IMG/VR virus record: IMGVR_UViG_2838247499_000001
Span: 1 to 64,000 of that record
Source of the DNA: a virus
Taxonomy: Duplodnaviria; Caudoviricetes
Length of the DNA: 64,000 bases
Direction: 5' to 3' (one strand)
The notes beneath the pieces are model-generated. The model had not been told where the DNA came from. It made no database searches and saw nothing but the letters and a program-made list of their open reading frames with translations. This document shows, one piece after another, positions 43,727 to 53,281 of the stretch; the first letter of the stretch is position 1, and the number at the start of each line of letters is the position of its first letter. The position numbers and the translations under genes are program-made.

Positions 43727-45904
43727 TCAGGCTGCAACTGCCGACTGAGTACCTTTCACATACTCCTTCAGCAAATCTCGCTGCTGAGTTTCACGGTCGA
43801 AGGCGTGATCCAGCGACTTCATACCGGCCTGATTCTGAGTTTGCCGGTCGATTTTCTGGAGCTCGCGCTCCTGATGCACGCCGGACTCCTGCTCGACAAA
43901 CTCCAGGTTCTTCAGGTCGGTATCGGCCTTGATATGGTCCTTCTTGACCACCTCGGTTTCGGACTTCGCACCGGCCAGGTTGGCTGCGGCATTGCGCTGG
44001 TTGCCCTGAGCACGCTCGTTGGCCACTTGGGCTTCGAGAAGCTCGATCTCCAGCAGGCGCTTGCGCTGTTCCAGCGGGTCCGGCTGGGGCTGGTACGCCT
44101 CGATGCGGTGCGCCAGGTCCGGCATCTTGCGCAGACGCGCGATGTCGGCCAGCAGCATGCGGCTCATGCCCGGGTCCATGTTGTTGCCCATGGTCTGGAG
44201 CATGAAAGCCAGCTCCTGAGCCTTGTTGTTGTCCTCCTCGGCCGTGCTGATGGTCAGCTCGAGGTCGAAGTTGCCCGCCAGGTCATCACGGCGCACCGTC
44301 ACGAACTGCTCGTTGGTGACCCGGATCACCTCCTCGTCGCTCAGGAACTCGGCGTTCATGGCCAGGAACTTGCGGCCGATGTTGATGACCCCGTTCTTCA
44401 GGCGCCGCAGGATGCCCAGCTCGCGCTTGGAAGCGGCGTCGAGCGCTCCGCGCACGCCGGCCGCCACATCGCCCAGGGCTGCACCGCTGATGCCCTGGCT
44501 GAAAGCCTTCACGCCGGTCATCGACTCGGCTTCCTGGCTCTGCTGTAGCAGCATGAACTGCGCGCTCTGCGGGATCTCGGGGAAGGTGTGCATGTGGATG
44601 CCCTGGCGGGGATCCACGTTCTGGTTGAACTCGTAGTCCAGGCCGCGCTCGTACTTGCGCCGGTTGGTCGCGTCGAGCATGTCCTTGCGCATGCCGGTCT
44701 GACCGTTGGCCGACTTGGCCAGGACGTCGACCATGCCGCGGGTGACCGCGCCGATGATCCGCTGGTTGTCCTCCAGGAGGTGCCCATCGGGCTCGCCGTG
44801 GTTGTTCTTGCGCACCGGCAGGTAGTGCTCGACCACGATCGGGATCTTCTTGTCCGGATACGGGTTCTCCTCCAGCCGGATCATGACGTCGTTGACCCAG
44901 GCGGCCACGAACGGCTTCACCTTGCCGGTGCCGTCGATGTCCCACAGGCCCCAGTACTCGTGGACGACGAACTTCTTGCGCGGCTCGTCGTTGAAGTTGA
45001 ACTGCGAGACGCCGGTCGAGGCCTGGTGGTCGGGCACCGACAGAGGGTTGGCCTGGGTGACGTTGATCTTGTCCAGGTTCTTGTAGCGCTTGTCCTTGCG
45101 CAGCGTGGCCAGGTTCGACTCGAACGTGCGAATGGCGAAGCCAGCACGCTCGAGATCACCCTCGGCGGTCGGGTCGATCACCACGTTGCGCGGATCGAGC
45201 ACCTCGACGGTCGGGTGGTTCTTCACCACCCGGGTCTTGGTGACCCACTTGGTGCCGATCTGCACCGGCCGCACAGGCACACCGTTCTCCTCGGTCAGCT
45301 CCAGCGCCTGCTTGAGCTCGTCGGGCACATCGGTGGCGTACTGGCTGGGCGACTCCTGGCGTAGCAGGGCCACCTGCTGCAGGAGCTCGGTCGCGGTGGG
45401 GTCGACACGGAACTCGAAGTCCCCGACCTCCTCCTGATACTCCTCCTCCTCGAAGCACCAGCCGGTCATCACGATCACGGTGCCGTCATCGACGGCTGCG
45501 CGCACGTACTCGTCGATGAACTTCTGCTTGCCCACCTTGGTGTTGAACTGATGGTTCAGCACCAGCTGGTTTTGTCGGGCGGCATCACGGTCTTCCCAGG
45601 TGACTGGTTTGACCTTGAAGATGTCGCTCGTGCTGAGAAACGGTTCGCTCAGCGCCGGGTATCGCCACTCGGCCTGCTTGCGAATCAGTTTCGGCTGAAT
45701 CTTCGAATTCCCCTGCGGGGTTTTCACTTCAGCCGTACCGGTACAGGTCAGGTTGTCGCGCCAGCGATTCAACTTCTGAACCTGTGCCTGGTGAATGGGA
45801 GTTGCCTCCTCGAGATCCTGTTTAAGATCGCGCACCGTGGGCGCATTCTTCCAGTCAGTCAACGGAGGGAGAGTTTCTCCCACCGTTTGAGTTTGTTCGT
45901 TCAT
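43727..45904 (-). CDS. portal protein (N4 gp59-like)
   Basis: LTDWKN.P, PKLIRKQAEWRY.ALSEPFL, LDAASKRE..ILRRL. Confidence 0.93.
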   Translation of the reverse strand: MNEQTQTVGETLPPLTDWKNAPTVRDLKQDLEEATPIHQAQVQKLNRWRDNLTCTGTAEVKTPQGNSKIQPKLIRKQAEWRYPALSEPFLSTSDIFKVKPVTWEDRDAARQNQLVLNHQFNTKVGKQKFIDEYVRAAVDDGTVIVMTGWCFEEEEYQEEVGDFEFRVDPTATELLQQVALLRQESPSQYATDVPDELKQALELTEENGVPVRPVQIGTKWVTKTRVVKNHPTVEVLDPRNVVIDPTAEGDLERAGFAIRTFESNLATLRKDKRYKNLDKINVTQANPLSVPDHQASTGVSQFNFNDEPRKKFVVHEYWGLWDIDGTGKVKPFVAAWVNDVMIRLEENPYPDKKIPIVVEHYLPVRKNNHGEPDGHLLEDNQRIIGAVTRGMVDVLAKSANGQTGMRKDMLDATNRRKYERGLDYEFNQNVDPRQGIHMHTFPEIPQSAQFMLLQQSQEAESMTGVKAFSQGISGAALGDVAAGVRGALDAASKRELGILRRLKNGVINIGRKFLAMNAEFLSDEEVIRVTNEQFVTVRRDDLAGNFDLELTISTAEEDNNKAQELAFMLQTMGNNMDPGMSRMLLADIARLRKMPDLAHRIEAYQPQPDPLEQRKRLLEIELLEAQVANERAQGNQRNAAANLAGAKSETEVVKKDHIKADTDLKNLEFVEQESGVHQERELQKIDRQTQNQAGMKSLDHAFDRETQQRDLLKEYVKGTQSAVAA

Positions 45905-45956
45905 AGGCTGCCCTCGCTCCGCGTCGTTGCAGTCAAACCATCACCACTAGAAAGGA

Positions 45957-46379
45957 ATGAGTATGCAAATCAAACCCCTCCATACTGGCTTCATTATGCC
46001 AACAAAGGGTACTGCCCAGTCCGGCGCCATCGACCTGTATATGCCGGAGGACGGTATTGCCTCCCGGGTATCTCAGCTTTTCGGCCTGGGTTTCGCTGCG
46101 GCGGTGCCCCCGGGCCACGTGGCTTTGCTGGTGCCACGGTCGAGCACCGGCGCCAAGCACGGCCTGGAGCTGAACAACACCTGCGGCGTGATCGACGAGG
46201 ACTACCGCGGTGAGTGGAAGGCCGCTCTGCGCACCAAGTCCGGGCTGCCGTTCCGCTGGAAGGCCGGTGAGCGTGTCATCCAGGCGCTGATCGTCCCCGT
46301 GACCAGCGTGCAGCTGGAGCAAGTCGACGAGCTGCCGGCCAGCGACCGCCAGGGTGGCTTCGGCTCCACCGGCAAGTAG
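45957..46379 (+). CDS. dut: trimeric dUTPase
   Basis: A.DL, PRSS, N..GVID.DYRGE, Q, R.GGFGSTG motifs. Confidence 0.93.
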   Translation: MSMQIKPLHTGFIMPTKGTAQSGAIDLYMPEDGIASRVSQLFGLGFAAAVPPGHVALLVPRSSTGAKHGLELNNTCGVIDEDYRGEWKAALRTKSGLPFRWKAGERVIQALIVPVTSVQLEQVDELPASDRQGGFGSTGK

Positions 46380-46401
46380 GCGCGACTCCCGTCCGCCCAT
46401 G

Positions 46402-46428
46402 AAAAAAGCCCCCAGCGATGGGGGCTTT
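46402..46428. terminator. bidirectional intrinsic terminator
   Basis: A6-GCCCCCA-GCGA-TGGGGGC-TTT between convergent genes. Confidence 0.8.
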
Positions 46429-46448
46429 GTTGTTTCTGCAGGCCTTGT

Positions 46449-46712
46449 TCAGGTAGCCGGTCGGGTCAGCGCGATTCGAAGCCAGAACACCAGCAGGGCC
46501 ACGGCTCCTGTGAAGGCCAGCGCTGCCAGGGACGCTCCCAGGTTGGCGCCCAGCAAGGCGTTGGATGTCGGGATCAGGGCCAGGCCCGTGACCACCGCGG
46601 CCCACACGGCGGCCGCCTTCATGGCCTGGCGACCAGTCTTGTGGCGCCGGCGCTGGATCAGCTCCACCACCACCCACAGAACCACGAACAACGCGACGAG
46701 ATCGACACCCAT
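46449..46712 (-). CDS. small membrane protein
   Basis: SD GGAG, MGVDLVALFVV..., three hydrophobic segments. Confidence 0.65.
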   Translation of the reverse strand: MGVDLVALFVVLWVVVELIQRRRHKTGRQAMKAAAVWAAVVTGLALIPTSNALLGANLGASLAALAFTGAVALLVFWLRIALTRPAT

Positions 46713-46746
46713 GATTGCTCCCTTGTGATGAGGGTGCCGATTGTGC

Positions 46747-47493
46747 CTACACCCAGCCGTTGCGCTCCAGCCGCGTGTTGTCGGCCACACGATCCACCCG
46801 CAGATTGGTGCCCTCGAGCTCCTTGCAGGCGGCCTCGTAGCGCGCCGACCACGACATGCCCACCTGGCCCTCGTTGCTCGGTCCCACCGTGCCGATCGGG
46901 TTGTGGACCCGGGCGGCGACGTAGTAGAGCAGGGGCTCCAGGTGGCTGTCCGGCAGGTCGATCGTGCTGTCCTCGATGTCGAAGTCCTCGACGTCGATCT
47001 TCGGGTGGTTGTCCCGGAAGACCAGCACCAGCTTCTCCGTCTTCAGCCAGTCAGGGATGTCGCTGCCCTGAGCCACCAGCTCGTCGGGCAGGCGCAGGAA
47101 GTTCAGCCGAGGCGTGAAGGCCGACCACTGGTTGCCCTCCTGGTTCAGCGGCAGGTCGCGGCCGGAGTCCAGGATGATCCGTTCTAGCTTCAGCATGGTG
47201 TCGCGGAAGGGCTCGGCCGTGTCGTCCAGGTACTTCACCGGCATGCGCGCGTAGCGGTTCGTCAGCGCGTAGTCCGCGGTCAGCTTGTACTCGGCCTGGC
47301 CGGGCTGCAGGGTCAGCGTCACGCGGCCCTCGCGCAGCGGGAATCGCTTGTGCAACGCCGTCAGCCCGAGCTGGATGTGCGACAGCAGCATCGGGTACTT
47401 GCTCTCGGGAATGTCCCCGTCGTCGGCCGTGGCCAGGCTGAGCTGGCTCAGCTCGCCGAAACGCAGCGCGTCGAATACCTCATTGATTTTCAT
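46747..47493 (-). CDS. head-tail adaptor (N4 gp67-like)
   Basis: L..GELSQL, GLT.LHKRF.L.E, L..YVA.R; follows terminase. Confidence 0.85.
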   Translation of the reverse strand: MKINEVFDALRFGELSQLSLATADDGDIPESKYPMLLSHIQLGLTALHKRFPLREGRVTLTLQPGQAEYKLTADYALTNRYARMPVKYLDDTAEPFRDTMLKLERIILDSGRDLPLNQEGNQWSAFTPRLNFLRLPDELVAQGSDIPDWLKTEKLVLVFRDNHPKIDVEDFDIEDSTIDLPDSHLEPLLYYVAARVHNPIGTVGPSNEGQVGMSWSARYEAACKELEGTNLRVDRVADNTRLERNGWV

Positions 47494-47502
47494 GAATCCT
47501 CC

Positions 47503-49158
47503 TCAGACGATGTAGGACGCCATCCGGTCGACGGTGTCCTCGTGAACATCCAGATCCCACATGCCATCCCCTCCACTGGACGGCGACATGGGCGCTTCCT
47601 CGCTGGGTTTCCAAGGCCGCAGCGAAGCCAGCATGGAAATGGTGTCGGCGAAGTCGTCGTGTTTGCTCCGGAAACCCGAGGCAGATACCAGACTCAACTC
47701 GTTGACGGCCTCCACGATTGTAGGTTCGGCCTTCTTCTCCACCGGGAAGAAAACCTTGCGCATCTTGAACCAGGGCACCACCAGGTTGAAGCGCTGGAGT
47801 TTGTTGGTATTGGGCCGCAAACCCAGCTCGGAACTACCTTCTTCCTGGGCCAGGGGGAAATAGATGTTGCGCTCCAACATCTTCTCCTGGATCCAGCTGA
47901 TGAATCCCTTCTGCTGACCGCTGATCTCGATGCCTACAGCCTGCGGCTTGTAGAGCTGAGCCAGCCTGAACAGGTCGTCGACGTTCTTGTTCATCAGCTG
48001 GCGCTTGCAGATCCCATCGACCCACAGCCAGTCACCCACGTTGTTGTAGGCCCAGACGCTGATCACGCTGAAGTCCGACTTCTGCTTCTCAGAGGTGGCG
48101 AAGTCCGTGGTGATGTAGAAGTTGAAGCGGCTCTTGTTGCGCAGGACCGCGTCGATCTTGTACCAGCCGATGTCACCGTCCAGGATCAGGCGGTCTTCCT
48201 CGGACATGATGCGCAGCATCAGCTCCTGGTTGAACGTCTCGACCTTGCCCAGCTTCACCGCGTTGTCGTACTGCTCCTTGACGTACTCGTAGGTGAAGCG
48301 ATCCGGCCAGCTGCCGCGGAACTCCTCCTTCGTGCAGGGGAACTGCTCGCACACCGGGAACACGTTGACCCCCCAGGCGCCGGACTCCACCGCCTTGTAG
48401 AGCGGGTCCTTCGCATTGAAGGGGGTGCCGGACCAGATGATCAGGTTCTTGCGCGGGTGCAGCGCGTAGTTCACGGCCTTGTAGACCGTGTCCTCCACCG
48501 CGGCGATCACCGTTGTCGACCGGGCATCCTCGTCGGAGATCAGGTCGTCGAGCACCGCCAGCTGCGGCCGCTTGCCCATCTCCTTGGCGCCCCGCACGCC
48601 GGTCTTGGCGCCGTAGCCCTTGACGATGAACGTCTTGCCATCAGCGTTCTTGAACTCCCAGCGGATGTCGGTGAAGTGGATCTCGGGGACGTATTCCTTC
48701 AGGAAGTCGCTGTTCTCCCAGCGGAACTCCAGGTTCTTGCGCATGTTCTTGACGCCGTTCTCGATGGAGTCCGAGACGTAGAGCGCCAGGTCCACCGGCC
48801 CGAAGCCAGGGAGCTCACCGTAGGTGGCGATGTAGAGGAACAGGTACTCGCCCATCACCGTGGTCTTGGCGATGCCGCGGTGACAGAGGTTGATGACCCG
48901 CCGACCACCGTGGGTGATCGTGTCGAGCATCTTGTAGTGGACGACGGGGGTCTTGTTCTCCTCGCCCTGCGCCCCGTTGACCAGCTTGATGAAGGTGACG
49001 AACTCGAGCGCGAACTCGCTCGGCACGTAGCTCGGGTCGTCGGCGTAGTTGGTGTTGTTGAGGTAGTCCTCGACCTTCCACGGCGCCAGGGCCGCGGCCA
49101 CAGCGTCACCGCCATGGGCCACGACCGAAGCGGCATGGGCAATGGATGGGTGACTCAC
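47503..49158 (-). CDS. terminase large subunit (N4 gp68-like)
   Basis: HRGIAKTT, GAKTGVRG, LDDL, GTPFN, TTDFATS, HDDF.DTISML; GTG start uncertain. Confidence 0.95.
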   Translation of the reverse strand: MSHPSIAHAASVVAHGGDAVAAALAPWKVEDYLNNTNYADDPSYVPSEFALEFVTFIKLVNGAQGEENKTPVVHYKMLDTITHGGRRVINLCHRGIAKTTVMGEYLFLYIATYGELPGFGPVDLALYVSDSIENGVKNMRKNLEFRWENSDFLKEYVPEIHFTDIRWEFKNADGKTFIVKGYGAKTGVRGAKEMGKRPQLAVLDDLISDEDARSTTVIAAVEDTVYKAVNYALHPRKNLIIWSGTPFNAKDPLYKAVESGAWGVNVFPVCEQFPCTKEEFRGSWPDRFTYEYVKEQYDNAVKLGKVETFNQELMLRIMSEEDRLILDGDIGWYKIDAVLRNKSRFNFYITTDFATSEKQKSDFSVISVWAYNNVGDWLWVDGICKRQLMNKNVDDLFRLAQLYKPQAVGIEISGQQKGFISWIQEKMLERNIYFPLAQEEGSSELGLRPNTNKLQRFNLVVPWFKMRKVFFPVEKKAEPTIVEAVNELSLVSASGFRSKHDDFADTISMLASLRPWKPSEEAPMSPSSGGDGMWDLDVHEDTVDRMASYIV

Positions 49159-49265
49159 TTGCGCCACCCCCGGCTCGTCAGCTTCCAGAACACCCAGGCC
49201 CCGAAAGCCAGGGCACCAGCGACAGCGCCCCCCATGACCAGCAGTGCAATGGTCACCGGGCTCAT
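49155..49265 (-). CDS. 36-aa membrane peptide
   Basis: MSPVTIALLVMGGAVAGALAFGAWVFWKLTSRGWRK; start/stop overlaps on both sides. Confidence 0.55.
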   Translation of the reverse strand: MSPVTIALLVMGGAVAGALAFGAWVFWKLTSRGWRK

Positions 49266-49510
49266 GCCGATCCGCCCTCGGCGCGGGGGCCGCCCCCCGG
49301 GGTGTCATCGTCATCGCTGTAGCGGACCAGCTGCACACGCCGCAGCGTGGTCACGAAGTCCCAGACGAAGACCGCGGCCGCAGCATAGGGGGCCGCCGGG
49401 GGGTAGGTGAGCCAGGTCACGAAGTACGTGATGACGGCCGGCCAGATGGCGTTGTAGGCCAGGAAGCCAGCCAGCTGCAGGACGTTGACCAGCATGTACG
49501 CCGGCTTCAC
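49262..49510 (-). CDS. small membrane protein
   Basis: 82 aa hydrophobic; overlapping start/stop codons. Confidence 0.6.
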   Translation of the reverse strand: MKPAYMLVNVLQLAGFLAYNAIWPAVITYFVTWLTYPPAAPYAAAAVFVWDFVTTLRRVQLVRYSDDDDTPGGGPRAEGGSA

Positions 49511-49734
49511 TTGAGCACCTCGAAGTCGACCACCTGGCCATGCTTGGACACCAGGGCCACGACGGTGAAGTCGTCGCCCGGCGTCGGGTCGCTGACGAAC
49601 AGGGTCTGACCCTCATTTCGGCGAAGGGAAAGCTGCTCGGCCTCCGCGGCCTGCATGCGACGGATCTCGTCGTCGAGCGTCTCGACGGGGCGGCGGGAAA
49701 GGGCGGCCTTGTGGGCGGGGGTGTGGAACATCAC
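49507..49734 (-). CDS. hypothetical protein
   Basis: 75 aa; coupled to neighbours. Confidence 0.6.
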   Translation of the reverse strand: MMFHTPAHKAALSRRPVETLDDEIRRMQAAEAEQLSLRRNEGQTLFVSDPTPGDDFTVVALVSKHGQVVDFEVLK

Positions 49735-50513
49735 GGAATCTCCTTGGCTTGAACGTCGACCACCTCGGCGGCCATCACGCGGCTGTGCGCCGCTTCCTTC
49801 GCAGTGATCTGCCCGGCCTCCATGGCCAGGCGCTGTTGCCGAGCCAGCTCAAGAGTGGCGGCCCGCAGGGCACCGATCGAGCTGTCCTCCTTCATGCCGA
49901 TGTCGAGCTCGACCTTCTTCACCTCCGGCTGCTTCAGCTGGGTGAGCAGGGAGCTCGCGGCCTCGCAGCGGACCTTCTCGCTCTTGGCGTTCATCATCAG
50001 GTCCGCCTGCACGTTGAGCGCGCGCTGGTACAGGTCCTGGTTCAGCACGTAGCTGGGGATCAGGGTCTGCTCGAAGATCAGGTTGACCAGCTTGGACTTG
50101 TTGAACGCGGTGACGTAGGAGGCAATGTCCTTGCTGGACACGCCGGCCGAGACGAAGCGCTGGTACTTGTCCGGGAACGTCTTGGTGTAGGCCTCGATGT
50201 TGGTGCAGCCCATGAGCTTGAAGCTCACGTAGCGCACAGCGTTGAGGTACTCGGAGATCTTCCACCGGCCATCGGTCATGACCTTGGTGTAGCTGAGCAG
50301 GTTGTCCCGGTACGCCTCGTACTGGTCGGGGTCCGACAGGGTGGCATTGATCTGGTCGATCAGCTCCTGGTTGATGGACTTCTTCACCTTGTCGGGCAGT
50401 GCCTGGCGGAACTGCTCCAGCGTCAATGCCGGAACTACTCCACCGATAAGCGCAGGACCCACATTTGTCACAGCTTGACTGTGCTCAGCCGGTACATCAG
50501 CAGTACTGGACAT
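49731..50513 (-). CDS. terminase small subunit (N4 gp69-like)
   Basis: Y.NAV.YVS.KLMG..N..AY...FP..Y, SEKVR..AA.SLL..LK.PE; last late gene. Confidence 0.85.
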   Translation of the reverse strand: MSSTADVPAEHSQAVTNVGPALIGGVVPALTLEQFRQALPDKVKKSINQELIDQINATLSDPDQYEAYRDNLLSYTKVMTDGRWKISEYLNAVRYVSFKLMGCTNIEAYTKTFPDKYQRFVSAGVSSKDIASYVTAFNKSKLVNLIFEQTLIPSYVLNQDLYQRALNVQADLMMNAKSEKVRCEAASSLLTQLKQPEVKKVELDIGMKEDSSIGALRAATLELARQQRLAMEAGQITAKEAAHSRVMAAEVVDVQAKEIP

Positions 50514-50794
50514 TCATCCTCCCGAGTAATGGTCTAGTTCAGGTTGGGTTATAGGGGACATATAGTACCTGAAACCCGGGACCAGCCATTTTCTGGAAAG
50601 GGGAGGGCGAATATGTAACCGCGGGGTTGGGGGAATTTTCATAGCGGGGTACGAGTGCAGGACTCCCACCACGTTCCGCAAACTCCAAATCACCCCCCCC
50701 CCCACTCCTCGCGTAGGGACTCCAAAGGCCTCCGGCCTTGACGCGGGTGGCGTAGCTATCCACCTGTTCATCAACCTACGTAGGAGATTCCACC
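50514..50794. other. probable genome end / terminal-repeat junction between late and early regions
   Basis: Divergent non-coding gap between gp69-like and first early gene; C11 tract at 50693-50703; matches N4 layout. Confidence 0.6.
50725..50746 (+). promoter_or_regulatory. vRNAP hairpin promoter candidate
   Basis: AAGGCC-TCC-GGCCTT-G-N4-GG. Confidence 0.7.
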
Positions 50795-51049
50795 ATGTTC
50801 AAGATGCTCGCCCAACTGTGGGCTGCCCTGTCTGTGTTCTTCACCGCTCTGGAAAAGGGAGGCAACGCCGTCAATCACCTGGCTGACTGGGCCGAGGAGA
50901 GTGCTGCCAAGTTCGCTGATGAAGCTCGCCTGGATCGCCAGCGCAACCTCATCAAGATGCAGCGCAAGCACGCAGAAGAACTGGCCAAGCTCAATGCAGC
51001 TCATCCCGAGCAGGCATCGGCCACCGCATCCACCACCACTGTGCAGTAA
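50795..51049 (+). CDS. first early protein (gp1 position)
   Basis: SD AGGAG, 84 aa, followed by terminator. Confidence 0.75.
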   Translation: MFKMLAQLWAALSVFFTALEKGGNAVNHLADWAEESAAKFADEARLDRQRNLIKMQRKHAEELAKLNAAHPEQASATASTTTVQ

Positions 51050-51056
51050 CAGCATC

Positions 51057-51075
51057 GCCTCCTTCGGGAGGCTTT
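51057..51075 (+). terminator. intrinsic terminator
   Basis: GCCTCC-TTCG-GGAGGC-TTT. Confidence 0.75.
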
Positions 51076-51284
51076 GCCTTTCTACACAACTACACACTAC
51101 ACATGAAGACAGATATTCAGCAAGAGGAGAGTCCAGCCCACCTGGGCATATAGTCCTCTGCATACTGTTGATCATCTGCAGGGTTATGGAGATAGGGGAC
51201 AGCGACCTGTGGTTGCTGGGTAATCCCTTCCACCTCTATACCCTGACCACCCTCACCCTCATTCCGATACCCAGCCTATATCTC

Positions 51285-51306
51285 TGGCCTTCCGGCCAAG
51301 CGATGG
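51285..51306 (+). promoter_or_regulatory. vRNAP hairpin promoter candidate
   Basis: TGGCC-TTCC-GGCCA-A-GCGATGG. Confidence 0.7.
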
Positions 51307-51351
51307 CCTCGACACATGTCGAGTACTTCTCACCCATCTGGAGGACTTCTC

Positions 51352-51456
51352 ATGGACTACTACGAACTCGCTGACATGGCAGACCTGGAGCGCCAGTGGC
51401 ACCTCGATTACCTGCTGTCGCTGGAGTCCGATCTCCTGGCCTGGCTGGAGAGCTGA
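51352..51456 (+). CDS. 34-aa acidic early peptide
   Basis: SD GGAGG; MDYYELADMADLERQWHLDYLLSLESDLLAWLES. Confidence 0.6.
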   Translation: MDYYELADMADLERQWHLDYLLSLESDLLAWLES

Positions 51457-51457
51457 C

Positions 51458-51562
51458 ATGCACCGCACTCTCCTGCGCATCCTTCGCATGATCAGCCGTC
51501 ACCCGGACCTCATGCGTCCCATCCTGCGTGCCCATCCCAACCTGCTCAACCACGGAGCCTGA
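51458..51562 (+). CDS. 34-aa basic early peptide
   Basis: SD GGAG; MHRTLLRILRMISRHPDLMRPILRAHPNLLNHGA; tightly packed. Confidence 0.55.
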   Translation: MHRTLLRILRMISRHPDLMRPILRAHPNLLNHGA

Positions 51563-51564
51563 CC

Positions 51565-51774
51565 ATGTCCCGTCTCAAGCGACGCATCCAACAGGCTCGC
51601 CGGCGCGGCTGCTACGTGATTCAGTGGCCAGGTCACCTCTCGTTCGACGTCTACGTCGAAGGGGAATGGTGCCCACGGAACCTGGTCGCCACCAAGCGCC
51701 AAGCTGTGGCCCTGGCCTACCGCATCAGCGTGGCCAAGCGGCAGAAGCTGGTCATCACCGCACACCCTGCCTGA
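51565..51774 (+). CDS. early hypothetical protein
   Basis: 69 aa, SD GGAG. Confidence 0.65.
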   Translation: MSRLKRRIQQARRRGCYVIQWPGHLSFDVYVEGEWCPRNLVATKRQAVALAYRISVAKRQKLVITAHPA

Positions 51775-51860
51775 CCATGCTGCGCCTCATCGCCTTCGCC
51801 ATCGTGTGCCTGGTCATGCGCCTGGCCACGCTCTAGGCCCTTCCTCGCTCCACCACGCAC

Positions 51861-51887
51861 AGCCACCTTCGGGTGGCTTTGCTTTTT
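51861..51887 (+). terminator. intrinsic terminator
   Basis: AGCCACC-TTCG-GGTGGCT followed by T-rich run. Confidence 0.8.
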
Positions 51888-51900
51888 GTGCATCTCCCAT

Positions 51901-51923
51901 CTGGCCTACCGGCCAGGCAGTGG
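51901..51923 (+). promoter_or_regulatory. vRNAP hairpin promoter candidate
   Basis: CTGGCC-TACC-GGCCAG-GCAGTGG. Confidence 0.75.
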
Positions 51924-51954
51924 ACCTCACCAACCACTCACAGGAGATCACACC

Positions 51955-52329
51955 ATGTCCCGTCACGACCGTTCCGAGTTCTCTGCCAACCTCGCCATGG
52001 CCGCTGCCACCGACCATCAAGCCAGCCACACCAGCCGTGCCCTGCATCGTCAGCACTGCCCTGCGCCGGCCTCCAAGCTCTACGACCAGGCCGAAGCCAA
52101 CGTGGCCATGCCCTGCCGCATCGCCGACTTCATCACCACGATCTACGTGCTGGGCTGCCTGGCCATGATCCTGGGCTACGGCTCGCTGGCCATCTCCTAC
52201 CTGGAGGAAGGCCACGGCCTGCACCCCTACATCGCCGGCGCTGTCATGTGCTTCATGGCCGTCGCTGCGACCAAGTTCCGTCTGATCCACCGCTGCGTCG
52301 TCAGCCTCATCAACCTGATCCGGAGCTGA
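51955..52329 (+). CDS. early membrane protein
   Basis: SD AGGAG, start MSRHD, two TM segments. Confidence 0.7.
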   Translation: MSRHDRSEFSANLAMAAATDHQASHTSRALHRQHCPAPASKLYDQAEANVAMPCRIADFITTIYVLGCLAMILGYGSLAISYLEEGHGLHPYIAGAVMCFMAVAATKFRLIHRCVVSLINLIRS

Positions 52330-52826
52330 AAGCAGCCTGAACAAACCATTCACTCTCTTTGAATCATTGCCCTGGCCCTTATACGGCTAGGGCATGAATT
52401 TCCACAACTTGCAGTCGGATTTGCACCTTTTCAGGCGCTGTTTTTACGTCCAGAGCACGGCTTCTTTGCCGAACCCCGATTGCACAAATGCAGAGGAACC
52501 CAAAACCGAGGACAAGACGCTGCCCACTCGTCAATCGGCTGGACACCATACGTGGCCGCTGCTTGCAGTGGCAAACCACACATTTAGTGGCATGTCCCCA
52601 ACGCGACATGTACCCATCCTGACATGTGGGACATCCCACATTCCACTTTGTAGGATTTACTCATTCAATCCGGCTGAATGGGAACCTGCCAAATCGCTGC
52701 CATCGCAGTAAAGTCCGGCTCCCATTCGAGGGTTCACCCTAACTCTCGAACGGGCAAAACAAACAAACCCCGGTTGGGGTGTGTCGGCTATGCGGTAAGT
52801 CTTGCCGGTCCTGAAGACCGAATACC

Positions 52827-52848
52827 TGGCCTGCCGGCCATGTGAAGG
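52827..52848 (+). promoter_or_regulatory. vRNAP hairpin promoter candidate
   Basis: TGGCC-TGCC-GGCCA-T-GTGAAGG. Confidence 0.7.
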
Positions 52849-52897
52849 CATAGGCAAGTCCGCCTGCCGAACTCACCTCAACTCTCGAAAGCACACC

Positions 52898-53176
52898 ATG
52901 GCATCTCTCATCTCCAACGCTCCCTCCAACAACGGCTCGAACAACGAAGCCCGCTGGAAGTCCGACGCCTTCCTGAACCTGTACCTGCCCAGCTCGGACG
53001 GCAAGGGCCGCAAGAAGCTCGGCGCCATCGGCCTGAAGGCTGGCAAGGCGGCCGAGAAGAAGCTCATCGAATGGCTGAAGGCCGACCCGACCCGCGTGCA
53101 GGCCATCCTCGGCAAGCTGCAGCTGGAGTTCCAGGTGGCCCAGGGCGACGACGCTCCCGGCTTCGCGCTCGACTGA
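52898..53176 (+). CDS. drc: Drc-like ssDNA-binding RNAP II cofactor
   Basis: AFLNLYLPSSDGK...LGAIGL resembles LUZ7 Drc as recalled; early position; no N4 gp2-like gene seen. Confidence 0.7.
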   Translation: MASLISNAPSNNGSNNEARWKSDAFLNLYLPSSDGKGRKKLGAIGLKAGKAAEKKLIEWLKADPTRVQAILGKLQLEFQVAQGDDAPGFALD

Positions 53177-53188
53177 TCCAGCGCACCT

Positions 53189-53228
53189 CCACCACTGCCC
53201 ATCTTCGGATGCGGCGGTGGTGTGTTTT
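53189..53228 (+). terminator. intrinsic terminator
   Basis: Long stem with TTCG loop then TGTGTTTT. Confidence 0.6.
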
Positions 53229-53281
53229 CCCCTGCTGATCCATGGCCCGCCAGTCGTCAAGACCGCGGGCCTTGTTCCTCA

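Noticed and set aside
50693-50703. C11 tract as phase-variation switch
   Set aside because: Intergenic at the presumed genome terminus; no ORF is affected
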